From the IMG/VR virus record IMGVR_UViG_3300000553_000004, positions 1 to 64,000 of that record: a stretch of 64,000 nucleotides of DNA. One strand, given 5' to 3'. The translations under genes and the position numbers were made by a program. Below are positions 18,341 through 28,274 of the stretch, piece after piece; position 1 is the first letter of the stretch; the number at the start of each line of letters is the position of its first letter. The notes under the pieces were generated by a model. It was not told the DNA's origin. It was given only the letters and a program-made list of their open reading frames with translations, and ran no database searches.

Positions 18341-19040
18341 ACCAATTGTAATCGGTGTCGGTGGATTTGCAAGAGCAGGTAAGGATACCTTTGTAAAAGT
18401 TGCACGTAAGATTTTGGAACGGAATGGATATACAACGAGACGATTGGCATTCGCCGATGTTTTAAAAGATGAACTGGCTCCATTCATACAAAATTATTAC
18501 GGTATAAACGTATGGACGGATAACACTGATGAAAAATCGTTGATACGTCCTTTGTTAGTCGCACACGGTTGCCAAAAGAGAATTCAAACGGAGGGTCAAT
18601 ATTGGATTGATAATATTGATAAGGAGATAAATAAGGAAATCGTTCATTATGAATCTTTCACTGAAAGAGATTTGATACAAAAACATGTGATATTCATTAG
18701 TGATTGTAGATTTCCAAATGAGGTGAGTTGGGCACATCAGAAGTGGGGTGGTTGGTTTGTACACTTAAAGAAATATACAAATATACCCCTTTATAGTAAA
18801 ACGGGCGATAGGGATGGTTTATTTAAAAAATATGATGGCGCCCCTAATGAAGAAGAGGCTAAAAATGACCCGATTTGTATGAAAGATGCAGATTCTCGGT
18901 TGGAGTTGGAAAATGTAATCGAACGAGAACTAAGATTAAGTGGTATTAAAATTACTACTGAGTCGTTGGTAGACAATACTTATCTCAATGAAGAGATTAA
19001 ACTATGTCTAACCAAGTGTCCTTTTTTGACTATCCAGTAA
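18333..19040 (+). CDS. deoxynucleoside monophosphate kinase
   Basis: GVGGFARAGKDT P-loop, FADVLK, ISDCRFPNE. Confidence 0.85.
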   Translation: MNKPIVIGVGGFARAGKDTFVKVARKILERNGYTTRRLAFADVLKDELAPFIQNYYGINVWTDNTDEKSLIRPLLVAHGCQKRIQTEGQYWIDNIDKEINKEIVHYESFTERDLIQKHVIFISDCRFPNEVSWAHQKWGGWFVHLKKYTNIPLYSKTGDRDGLFKKYDGAPNEEEAKNDPICMKDADSRLELENVIERELRLSGIKITTESLVDNTYLNEEIKLCLTKCPFLTIQ

Positions 19041-19777
19041 AACCCAATTCATTAATATATTTGGTGGAATGTTCTACACCTGAACAGAATCGATTGTTTA
19101 GGAATACTATTGACAAATATCATAGTTACGTCAAATACAAAGACTCGCCTACTAGAAATATTCGGTGGTTAGTATATGAAGTGGGTAGTGGTAATCATAT
19201 AGGCGCAATAGGATTGTCATCTGCAACTATAGGAGTTAATGTTAGAGATAGTTTTATTGGTTGGGATACTAATACAAAAATTAAAAATCTGTGTCATTTG
19301 GCTAATAATTCTAGATTCTGCTTGGCTACTCCAAATATAACAATTAAAAATTCCGCGTCTTCTACATTAAAACAACTCAGGATTGAAGGAGCCAAACGGT
19401 GGAAGTCTAAATACAATGACGATTTAATCTTATTAGAGACATTTGTTCAACCGGAACGTGCGGAAGACTACAAAGAACATAAATTGAGAAATGGCTCGTG
19501 TTATTTGGCTGATAATTGGACTATGGTAGGAGAAACTCAAGGACATCATATTAGAAAAACTCCTATGAGACTCTGGGAGAAGGAAACCGGCGAAAGGGGT
19601 AGATTGGCTAGGGAACATCCGGAAGAGTGTCTTAAAAAGTATGCCAGCTACTTAGGCGGACATACTGATTCGGGTTATAATGTGACTAAGACGGCCAAGA
19701 AGATTATGTTCTTAAAACCATTAGTTAAAGATTGGAAAGATAGACTTAATCACCTAGTAACAGACGAAAGTAATTGA
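19004..19777 (+). CDS. DUF4338 domain protein (short form)
   Basis: YHSY, RDSFIGW, ANNSRF, KNSAS, LLETFV, GSCYLADNW..VGETQG. Confidence 0.8.
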   Translation: MSNQVSFFDYPVKPNSLIYLVECSTPEQNRLFRNTIDKYHSYVKYKDSPTRNIRWLVYEVGSGNHIGAIGLSSATIGVNVRDSFIGWDTNTKIKNLCHLANNSRFCLATPNITIKNSASSTLKQLRIEGAKRWKSKYNDDLILLETFVQPERAEDYKEHKLRNGSCYLADNWTMVGETQGHHIRKTPMRLWEKETGERGRLAREHPEECLKKYASYLGGHTDSGYNVTKTAKKIMFLKPLVKDWKDRLNHLVTDESN

Positions 19778-20040
19778 TTATTAAGGAAGAAACAAAATTT
19801 ATTTTCATTTGGCGCTTTTGAGAATAATTGTGGCGAAAATGACTGAGCCCTCGACGCAAATGCTATATAATGTTGTTTACATTGATTAAATCGTTTCGTT
19901 TTTGCGTCGGATGAATCACACGGACACATTCTTGATAACATATCCATACAAGTAATTAGATTTTGAGTTTCCGGACATAATCCTACCAATCCATTTCCCA
20001 ATAACCAACCATTAACATCTGATGGCGCGTTGAAATTCAT
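19750..20040 (-). CDS. Cys-rich hypothetical protein
   Basis: MNFNAPSD... start 20040; CPCD motif. Confidence 0.55.
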   Translation of the reverse strand: MNFNAPSDVNGWLLGNGLVGLCPETQNLITCMDMLSRMCPCDSSDAKTKRFNQCKQHYIAFASRAQSFSPQLFSKAPNENKFCFFLNNQLLSSVTR

Positions 20041-20411
20041 TATGATAATTTTAATAATGATGTAACTACTCCATATGATACGAGTGATAGAATACAAATG
20101 GTTGGTATAAAAGCTAACAGTATTAGATTTAACGTAAATGTGGTTAGAGTTGTACAAATAAATAAAGATAACCATACTGATAAACATAATGGACATGATG
20201 CCATATTAGTAAAGAAGTTGTTATATTTTATTTTCAAAAATGTAGGATAATTTATACTGACCGGCATTTGGTCGAGTCTCATTTTATAAAACTCGTCAAT
20301 CATTAAAAATTCTGACAATCCGATAAGAGTTCCCCATTCTATTATTGCATCTGATTTGAGCCAGATTAATAGAATTATAGCTATAAGATTTGCCAAAACT
20401 ATGATTATCAT
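20040..20411 (-). CDS. membrane protein (DUF1360-like CPLC motif)
   Basis: Several TM helices; SCPLCLSVW. Confidence 0.6.
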   Translation of the reverse strand: MIIIVLANLIAIILLIWLKSDAIIEWGTLIGLSEFLMIDEFYKMRLDQMPVSINYPTFLKIKYNNFFTNMASCPLCLSVWLSLFICTTLTTFTLNLILLAFIPTICILSLVSYGVVTSLLKLS

Positions 20412-20418
20412 GTTGATT

Positions 20419-21678
20419 TTAAGTAGACGCTTTTACTTTTTCGTGAATTTCAAATAAAGCATCTGTACAATACATATCGGAGTCGGGTAGCTTCCTTAAT
20501 TGATTTGTATAATAATTATCATTATTATCTATAATTTTATTTTGAAAGGTCGTTAATCCTCTGATATCGAATGAGAATATATCATATTCAAATGTACCAA
20601 TTTCTCCACTATCTTTGATGATTTTTGCCAGGCTAGTTATGACTGGAAAGTTTTCCTGAGTCAATCGTTTTGAGTCGAATGTCAATAAAATTTCATTAGT
20701 CTTTTCATCTGTCAATTTCTTAACTCTCTTAGTTAAATCGAATGGCGTTCCTGGTTGTATTTTGGATATAAAATCAGTAACATCCAAATCAGTATATACG
20801 GCATTACACCACGGTTCTAACATACCCAATAAATTAGGTGTACAATTATTTACTACGAATCCGATATCATATTTATTTTGTATGATTGGATAACAATTTT
20901 CATCATTTTCAATCCAAGACCCCCATTTACGAAGGTAGTGGGACATATTTTTAGCGCAACATAATTTATAAAACATGTCATCTTTTTTAACTTCCTTAGT
21001 CCATCTATGTCCTCTACAAGTAAAATGATACACAAAAGCATCTCGACTTTGATTGATTTCAAATCCTTTTAAAATCATTCTCTGAAAGATATCACTATCT
21101 TCATAAGGGAATGGCGCAAATAATTTGTCATGCCCTCCGATATCTAAGAAGTCTTGTTTGTACATTGCCCACGGAGCGAAAATTCCTCTTGTAATAACTC
21201 CCTTATTTTCTGGTAATTGTTGTAACTCCTTACAATAATCATAAAACTCCTGTTCTTTGAAATCTTCAACGTATGTTCCAAAGTCTTTGACAATCTTCTC
21301 TTTGCCTGGAGGATGTAATGGCGGCTCAATTCTAGTTGCCGCAACTACCCCATGTGGTTTTAACCACTTCATGATATTTTCGACGTAATTTGGGCCACAG
21401 ACCATATCGGCATGGAAAATGGTAAATATTTCATTCTTTGCCATTTCTATACCTTTATCATAAAGAACCGTATGTCCCACTTGTTTAGTATTATTACGAG
21501 AGTAAACCGTGTTCAAATCACGTATCATTACTTCTGAAATATACCACTCGTCCGTTTCATCTTCCGAATTATCATCAAGAATGATGATTTCTTCGGTTGG
21601 ATAGAATTTACGAATGCTATTATACGCTAGTATTAGGTATGGTAGATTATTTCTTGTTGGTATTATGAATGATATCAT
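20419..21678 (-). CDS. GT2-family glycosyltransferase
   Basis: ISFIIPTRN, ILDDNSED, HADM, YEDSDIFQRM, VYHF. Confidence 0.88.
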   Translation of the reverse strand: MISFIIPTRNNLPYLILAYNSIRKFYPTEEIIILDDNSEDETDEWYISEVMIRDLNTVYSRNNTKQVGHTVLYDKGIEMAKNEIFTIFHADMVCGPNYVENIMKWLKPHGVVAATRIEPPLHPPGKEKIVKDFGTYVEDFKEQEFYDYCKELQQLPENKGVITRGIFAPWAMYKQDFLDIGGHDKLFAPFPYEDSDIFQRMILKGFEINQSRDAFVYHFTCRGHRWTKEVKKDDMFYKLCCAKNMSHYLRKWGSWIENDENCYPIIQNKYDIGFVVNNCTPNLLGMLEPWCNAVYTDLDVTDFISKIQPGTPFDLTKRVKKLTDEKTNEILLTFDSKRLTQENFPVITSLAKIIKDSGEIGTFEYDIFSFDIRGLTTFQNKIIDNNDNYYTNQLRKLPDSDMYCTDALFEIHEKVKAST

Positions 21679-21680
21679 AT

Positions 21681-22535
21681 CTATTGATTGTAAAATTTTT
21701 GTATTAACGTGTTTAATTCTAAATCCGAAATTTTTTGTTTTTCTCTAATTTTTATGGACAGTAATGGTTTAATATAATTTTGATATTTTAAAAATTTATT
21801 ACCTGATTCTGTCACCACAATATTTTTTAAAATGTATTGTGATGTGTTATATTTTTTTGCCGTGTGTATTAAATATGTATCGTCGGGACCATACGAACCC
21901 ATTTCTTCCGGAAATTTTATTTTTTTTAATAACGATGATTTTATAAGATTAAACCAACCCGCTCCCATTTTAATATGGTCATTTCTAAATACGGACACTT
22001 CGATATCATTGAATTCATAATCTAAAGAAAATAAATCGAAATTGTCTCTATGATTATGTGATTCTTTCAAAAATTTTTCATTTACTATACAATCCCACGA
22101 ATCGTCCCAATATTTTATAATTTGTGGGGTTAGAATAAAATAATCGTCCTTAATTTTTGATGCGGCGTCTATCATATATGGTAGAGTTAAATGTGAAAAA
22201 TACACATCAGAATCTAACCAAATTATAAAGTCCTGTTCTTTATCGCACGTATCTCTTTTTTTATCTATAGCCCCCTGTATCATTTCATTTGTATCGAAAT
22301 TTACTGAGAAATAGTAAGACAATTTCATTTTAAGATAATTGAATTTATCTATAAAGTAATTTTTTGATATTTTACTATAGTTCCAATCGATTAACTTATC
22401 TGACACGTTCATTGTAATATCGAATATGACAGAATTATTTTTGATGTAATATGAAGATTCTATGTGTTTATTAACTTGACGTTCCAATTCGTCTATTTCC
22501 CACGGTTGTATATATTGGACAATTCTAAATATCAT
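21681..22535 (-). CDS. GT-A fold glycosyltransferase
   Basis: IWLDSD DxD motif, YGPDDT. Confidence 0.7.
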   Translation of the reverse strand: MIFRIVQYIQPWEIDELERQVNKHIESSYYIKNNSVIFDITMNVSDKLIDWNYSKISKNYFIDKFNYLKMKLSYYFSVNFDTNEMIQGAIDKKRDTCDKEQDFIIWLDSDVYFSHLTLPYMIDAASKIKDDYFILTPQIIKYWDDSWDCIVNEKFLKESHNHRDNFDLFSLDYEFNDIEVSVFRNDHIKMGAGWFNLIKSSLLKKIKFPEEMGSYGPDDTYLIHTAKKYNTSQYILKNIVVTESGNKFLKYQNYIKPLLSIKIREKQKISDLELNTLIQKFYNQ

Positions 22536-23320
22536 ACTAATACAATTTCATGTTTCTGAACCAACCATTCAGGAATATACAAACCACTAACATCTTTATC
22601 TTTGTAATTTGGCCCAAACCAAGGGTCGGGTATTATAATTTTTCCTTTTTTATCATTGAGATAACCGCCCCACCAAGCGAATGTGGAGTTGGATAAAATT
22701 AAATTTTTCATTTGAGTCATCATGTATAATTGAACGAATGGATTGCCTTCAACATATACAATTTCATCAAATTCATTTTCTGTACATATATTATTTTTAC
22801 ACCAAGGAATATCATCACTGAATATGAAAATTTGATTAACATCTAAAATTTCACTAAAAGCATCGGCATAATATTTCATTGAAAGGACGCAGTGATTATG
22901 TTGAAGTGGAATGTAATCTCCCCGTCTTACACTTATACCAAGACTATTCTCCGTTATTTTATATTTTGACGTCTGGTCTACAATTTCATTCTTAAACTTG
23001 AAATATTTGTTGATTAATTTATCTCTAATATTGTCAAAATATTTATATGATTGATAGAAACCATGTAATTCCAAATCATCCTTCACATCGACGGGAATAT
23101 AATCAAATGTAGCTTGGTTGAATGTGTTTGGTAGGAGTATATCTTGAAATTTGAAATCATAATCAAACCCACTCATGTCGGAGTTTATATCTCCCCTATG
23201 ACCGGCATGTGATTTAGTTGGTAATACGAAATCTGAACCGACCCGTTCCGCTACTTCTATGGTAGTCGCAGTCTGAAACATGTTGTTTCCTAATCTGCCC
23301 ATGAATTTACAACTTATCAT
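22532..23320 (-). CDS. GT11 alpha-1,2-fucosyltransferase-like protein
   Basis: GRLGNNMFQ, GFYQSYKYF, SVRRGDY, FSDDIPWC, SNSTFAWWG. Confidence 0.9.
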   Translation of the reverse strand: MISCKFMGRLGNNMFQTATTIEVAERVGSDFVLPTKSHAGHRGDINSDMSGFDYDFKFQDILLPNTFNQATFDYIPVDVKDDLELHGFYQSYKYFDNIRDKLINKYFKFKNEIVDQTSKYKITENSLGISVRRGDYIPLQHNHCVLSMKYYADAFSEILDVNQIFIFSDDIPWCKNNICTENEFDEIVYVEGNPFVQLYMMTQMKNLILSNSTFAWWGGYLNDKKGKIIIPDPWFGPNYKDKDVSGLYIPEWLVQKHEIVLV

Positions 23321-23946
23321 ATAGAAGCTTCACGTTTTTTAATTACACATAGACTTTTGTAAAAATGAATATATTCCATATGATGTTCAAAGTATGATAG
23401 AGATTGTTCGCCTATTTCTTTAGTTCCAACAAAACTCTTACCATTCAACATTACATCATCGACCAACCCCTTTAGAAAATTCACTCCGGTTTGCGTTCCG
23501 CCCGCCCAATTGTTAGCATACGACGTGTGGAGGTCTTCTATGAAATAAAGCCCGCCTGGCTTTAATAGGGGGAATGCCGTACGGAATGTGATTATTTGAT
23601 GATTCCAAGCATGGCTACCATCATCTATAATAATTGATAATGGGGCGTTTTCCTTGGCAATTGTATATAACAAAACTTCATCTGTTTGTGACCCGATATA
23701 AACCCTCTTACGTCCACCGGCATATTTGGCGCAGTCTGGATTGATATCCAATCCAATGATATTAGAAAACGGACAATAAGCTTCCCATAATTTTAATGAC
23801 TCTCCCTCAAACACTCCTATTTCTAGGAAGTTCATTGTATCATTTTTTAATTTTAAAAGATAATCATCATAGATTTCGGTATATTCATGACTACCAATTC
23901 CTTTATCCGTATTAAAATTCTTAGCTAATTCCGATAGTTGTTTCAT
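23317..23946 (-). CDS. class I SAM-dependent (sugar O-)methyltransferase
   Basis: TDKG..H.Y, LEIGV, IIIDDGSH, YFIED. Confidence 0.85.
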   Translation of the reverse strand: MKQLSELAKNFNTDKGIGSHEYTEIYDDYLLKLKNDTMNFLEIGVFEGESLKLWEAYCPFSNIIGLDINPDCAKYAGGRKRVYIGSQTDEVLLYTIAKENAPLSIIIDDGSHAWNHQIITFRTAFPLLKPGGLYFIEDLHTSYANNWAGGTQTGVNFLKGLVDDVMLNGKSFVGTKEIGEQSLSYFEHHMEYIHFYKSLCVIKKREASI

Positions 23947-24839
23947 AGTTGTATTAAATGTTTTAGTTTATTTTTATCAATGTTTGGTGGGTATGTCACG
24001 AACTGATATTCATTATGAGCTGGCCAAAATCCCCACTTTTTGAAGAAATTCTGAGCTCCTCTTTGTTCATATATTTTTGAACGGTCTGACCGTACAATTT
24101 CATCTGTAGGAAAGTTACTTTTATCCGAACGACTTCCAAAATGAAACACGACGGAATTTGTGGTCGTTATGAATTTTAATCCCGCTAATTGCATACGAAT
24201 AAATAAATCGGCATCTTCCCAGTATGCTGGAGCATAAATTGGGTCATTTCCTCCGAAATAATCCCAATCAGATTTACGAACCAATCCAGATACACCCTCC
24301 CCTTTATTGACTTCAACATCAGGATTTAGTTTAGAAAATTCTTCTGCGTAGTAGATGAATGTCGGGTCATCAAAATCGTCATATTTGTATCCAAAGAATT
24401 CATATGGAAAGAAACAAGTTCCAGGTCTATCATCTTCCTTGAAACAATTGGGTTGGAATCTTTGAGAACTTACCCACAAACTTTCATTTGGATACTTTTC
24501 AAACACTTTAAGACAGTTCAAATCCCAATTTCTAGAAACAAACATATCAGCGTGTAAGAACATGATATACTCCGTTTTGACGTGTTTGGCGCACTCATTC
24601 ATACCACCACCAATACCCTTGGTTTTTTCTTCCGAATTATCTTCATTAAACCAACTTAAATTATATTTTTCTGTATTCTTAACTAACCACTCATACGTCC
24701 CATCTGTACAATTTTCTGCAAAGATAATAAGAGGAGCGTCCTTAAAATGTGAGTATGTTCGCACGGAATGAATTGCCAATTTGAGATAATTCAAATTGTT
24801 ACAACATCCTATACAAAATGAGATTGGGGATTTATTCAT
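23943..24839 (-). CDS. GT2-family glycosyltransferase
   Basis: ENCTDGT, HADM, WEDADLFIRM, VFHFGS; paralog of 20419. Confidence 0.85.
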   Translation of the reverse strand: MNKSPISFCIGCCNNLNYLKLAIHSVRTYSHFKDAPLIIFAENCTDGTYEWLVKNTEKYNLSWFNEDNSEEKTKGIGGGMNECAKHVKTEYIMFLHADMFVSRNWDLNCLKVFEKYPNESLWVSSQRFQPNCFKEDDRPGTCFFPYEFFGYKYDDFDDPTFIYYAEEFSKLNPDVEVNKGEGVSGLVRKSDWDYFGGNDPIYAPAYWEDADLFIRMQLAGLKFITTTNSVVFHFGSRSDKSNFPTDEIVRSDRSKIYEQRGAQNFFKKWGFWPAHNEYQFVTYPPNIDKNKLKHLIQL

Positions 24840-25465
24840 AACACCATTCTATCTCGTTTTAACCAGAAAGAATCGGATTGAGTTCCACGTAGTAATACAA
24901 ACATTATTTCGACATATCCATGAGCATTTAACCATTCTTTTACTTCTTGATATAAAGATTGACCTTTCCAAAATTCTTTATGTTCTAATTCGATTTGAAG
25001 TGATTGTAATTTATCTAAATGATTCCCAAATGATTTCAATACATTTAATGCTGCGCCTTCCACGTCTATTTTGGCAATGTCTATAGTCTGTAGTCCTGTA
25101 GATTCTATGAATTCATCCATTCTTACACAATCCACCGATATGATATCATTTTTATTTCCTTCCGTTCTTTCTAATAAAGAGGATGCTCCTGTATTTTCTT
25201 TTTCAATACAAAAATTTGCAACGCCAGATATGTCACTGACTGCGTTGTTATATAGATTCATATTAGGATAATCTCTAAGTATATTCGTAGCTGAATCTGG
25301 ATTTGGTTCAAATATGTAACATGAACTATCGGACAATTGAAATGAATTAGCCAATGATTTAGCATCATGACCATCTCTACTACCAATCTCAATTATATTT
25401 TTTGGTATTATATTAGAGTGTTCTCTAATTCCGAGATTGATAAAATTTAAATCGTATCGCCACAT
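24836..25465 (-). CDS. FkbM-family methyltransferase
   Basis: IEIGS, FEPNP, NNAVSD, KIDVEGA. Confidence 0.88.
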   Translation of the reverse strand: MWRYDLNFINLGIREHSNIIPKNIIEIGSRDGHDAKSLANSFQLSDSSCYIFEPNPDSATNILRDYPNMNLYNNAVSDISGVANFCIEKENTGASSLLERTEGNKNDIISVDCVRMDEFIESTGLQTIDIAKIDVEGAALNVLKSFGNHLDKLQSLQIELEHKEFWKGQSLYQEVKEWLNAHGYVEIMFVLLRGTQSDSFWLKRDRMVL

Positions 25466-25468
25466 ATT

Positions 25469-26275
25469 TTAATATTTTACTGGTAGTCCTGATGAAGATT
25501 GCATTACTACGCCTAAGTAGTTATGTGACCAATGTTCTTCTGTATACCCCTGTTGTTTAAATTGTTGATATTCTGGAAGGTAATGAAACACCTTGAATAT
25601 CGGTTCTATCGGCCACAACTCAATTGGCTTCTTAACCAACAACCATTCACCATACCAAGTAAATTCACTTGATATTGTATTTATCAATCCATCAAAAGTC
25701 AAGTTATTTGGTTTAATATATTCTTCCTCCAAACTTCGCCAAACTTTTGAAGACCAAATGACAGGAACAGGCCCAAAATCATACAACCTACCTTTCCTAT
25801 CAAATAATTCTTGAATTGGAGTTCTACACTCGGCGAACGATGCTTGTGGGTCATATCCAAGATACTGGTCTTTATATTTTACAGTCCATTGGAATAAATC
25901 TTTTTGTTCATGCATCACCGTATATGGGATTGAATCGGTTACAAGAAAGTCCTTATAATAGAAGTCTTTTATAAAATAAGAATCTGAATCTAATACTACA
26001 TAATTTTCGGTTTGAATGGTTTTCCAAAATATCATCTTAACAATTTGTTGATTCTTCCACGATTGACATAAAGATTCATGTATAAGTTCTTCATCATGTA
26101 TAAGATAGTATCCATCGGAACCTAACTTAGATTTGAACAATTGAAAATCTTCTTTTGGAACTGAGATATATAATGGTATTTTATCTTTATTATGTTTGAC
26201 GCTAGATTCCAAGAGTAATTTACATCTCTCAACATCACGACTAAATGATTTACAATATAGAACTAATTTATTCAT
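25469..26275 (-). CDS. GT-like protein (DUF6492-like)
   Basis: WKNQQIVK, VLDSDSYF DxD motif. Confidence 0.65.
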   Translation of the reverse strand: MNKLVLYCKSFSRDVERCKLLLESSVKHNKDKIPLYISVPKEDFQLFKSKLGSDGYYLIHDEELIHESLCQSWKNQQIVKMIFWKTIQTENYVVLDSDSYFIKDFYYKDFLVTDSIPYTVMHEQKDLFQWTVKYKDQYLGYDPQASFAECRTPIQELFDRKGRLYDFGPVPVIWSSKVWRSLEEEYIKPNNLTFDGLINTISSEFTWYGEWLLVKKPIELWPIEPIFKVFHYLPEYQQFKQQGYTEEHWSHNYLGVVMQSSSGLPVKY

Positions 26276-27002
26276 ATTTATATCCCATCGATTTAGATTT
26301 TAACTGATTCACCCTATCAGTTAATCCCGCTTCCATAAAATGTTTATCCATTTCTTGTTGGGCAAGTATATTATAATTTGACATATTAGGATTGTCTTTT
26401 ATTGTACCGTTTCCAATGTGAACTATAGGTAACCAATCACAAACTCCAATTTTCCAATTATTATCTTCGCATATTATACCTGTCATTAAATCTTGAACCC
26501 ATCCGTATTTACTACCAAATCCACCCACTTTCTGTGCGAATTCTCGTTTCATAAGCGCACATTGATAATCCACGAATGGAACGGTTCGTAATTCTGTAGA
26601 ATTCCAACAATGCATCTGTTTCCAGAAACATTGATTTTTCTCAGGTTGAATAACGCACGGCGACACTATCATTAAATCATCACGTTTAAACAACTGTTCT
26701 TTTAAAGTTTTAATGAAATTATAACCGTGAATTATTAAATCTGAATTTAATAGAACGAATGAATCGTAGTCAGTATTTTCTAAAAATAATTGAATGGACA
26801 TGTCTAACCCACCGCCATAACATACATTTTCTTCTACTCTATATGTGGTATATTTACTAGATTTACCTACATCACTACCGTTGTCTATGACTATCAAATC
26901 ATAATCGTCATGTTCATATGGTTTTAACATCTCATACAAATTATCAGTATAATGTATTGTATTGTAATGTAATATGGCAACTAAAGTTTTATTCATAATC
27001 AT
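26268..27002 (-). CDS. GT2-like glycosyltransferase
   Basis: VIDNGS, ENVCYGGG, LLNSD. Confidence 0.8.
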   Translation of the reverse strand: MIMNKTLVAILHYNTIHYTDNLYEMLKPYEHDDYDLIVIDNGSDVGKSSKYTTYRVEENVCYGGGLDMSIQLFLENTDYDSFVLLNSDLIIHGYNFIKTLKEQLFKRDDLMIVSPCVIQPEKNQCFWKQMHCWNSTELRTVPFVDYQCALMKREFAQKVGGFGSKYGWVQDLMTGIICEDNNWKIGVCDWLPIVHIGNGTIKDNPNMSNYNILAQQEMDKHFMEAGLTDRVNQLKSKSMGYKYE

Positions 27003-27598
27003 TTTCTGTAAACAAACATAACATCATCGGACCTGTTTTTTAACTTACGAGTGTCAATGATTTCTACTTCTGGATTTAACGCCTTTAATAGAACTTCATC
27101 TTTATCCAAATCCTGAACATCTTCTATGATGTACAATCCTCCTTTTTTTAATTTAGGAAAATAAATTGGAAATCTTAAAACTTGATGCTCTACTTCATGA
27201 CTGGCGTCGTCTATGATTATATCAAATTCTAAATTTGAGAAATATTTATCTATGATGGACGCATCATTTGCGTCGTATATGATGGGGGTGACATCCTCCG
27301 AAAATTTAAGGGCATTTCTATTATCTATACCATAGATATTGGCTTTATCAAAATACGCTCTCCATAATGCTAAACTATATCCAAAGTCGATTCCTATTTC
27401 TAGTATATTTATTTGTTTATTTCGATATGGTTTTAATAATTTAGCATAACTATCTACATATGCGTGAGTAGTTCCTTTGTCAGTTTTATATCCAAGATTT
27501 AAAACTGCTTCGTAAATTTCTTGAAACGTTTTATTATTATCAACGATATCTTTGATTTTCGGTTTATATGCGGTTTGATTTATAATCCATTCACTCAT
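26999..27598 (-). CDS. class I SAM-dependent methyltransferase
   Basis: TDKGTTH.Y, LEIGI, IIIDDASH; paralog of 23317. Confidence 0.85.
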   Translation of the reverse strand: MSEWIINQTAYKPKIKDIVDNNKTFQEIYEAVLNLGYKTDKGTTHAYVDSYAKLLKPYRNKQINILEIGIDFGYSLALWRAYFDKANIYGIDNRNALKFSEDVTPIIYDANDASIIDKYFSNLEFDIIIDDASHEVEHQVLRFPIYFPKLKKGGLYIIEDVQDLDKDEVLLKALNPEVEIIDTRKLKNRSDDVMFVYRK

Positions 27599-28272
27599 AA
27601 TATTTTATGTCCTTTATTGTCATCCTCACTGAATTGTTTATTATATCGTAGATTTGTTTGTATTTGTGTTTCTATAGTTTTATCGTGATATAACGCTAAT
27701 TCTTCTTGAGCTGGTAGAAATGAATACGCCGAGTGACCTGTAATGGTTTCGTGTAATTTTCTATTCCATTTTATTCTATTTACATCTCGTTTGTAAATTC
27801 TACTTTGATAGTCGGGCCAATTTACAATGGGTCTGTTTTCACATGTAGGAGATGTAGTTAATTTCCATCCCCACATTTTAGTGTGTTCGGTTGTAACTCC
27901 CCTGAAATCATTGATTCTGGGAACGTATATCATTTCCATCATCAAATTCGTTTCGATGATTTCTCTAATATTAAAGATTAGGGTATCAGATGGATTTTCG
28001 TCCGAATCAATCTGAAATACCCAATCTCCTGTACATTTTTCATTACCGAAATTTTTATGTGTTCCATAATCACCATCTAATTTATGAAGATACACAAAAA
28101 CGTCTGGATTTTTACATACATCTGTAAGTATTTTTATAGTAGTAGGATTGTCCGAATAATCATCTACGATTACTATTTCATCCCCATCTGCTCTATTGTT
28201 AACCAACTTTTCCAATAATCGTATCAACGTATCAGTCTCGTTATGGACGGTAATAAGATATGATAATTTCAT
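27595..28272 (-). CDS. GT2-family glycosyltransferase
   Basis: LSYLITVHNE, VDDYSD, IDSDE, WPDYQSRIY, LHETI. Confidence 0.88.
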   Translation of the reverse strand: MKLSYLITVHNETDTLIRLLEKLVNNRADGDEIVIVDDYSDNPTTIKILTDVCKNPDVFVYLHKLDGDYGTHKNFGNEKCTGDWVFQIDSDENPSDTLIFNIREIIETNLMMEMIYVPRINDFRGVTTEHTKMWGWKLTTSPTCENRPIVNWPDYQSRIYKRDVNRIKWNRKLHETITGHSAYSFLPAQEELALYHDKTIETQIQTNLRYNKQFSEDDNKGHKIL

Positions 28273-28274
28273 GA

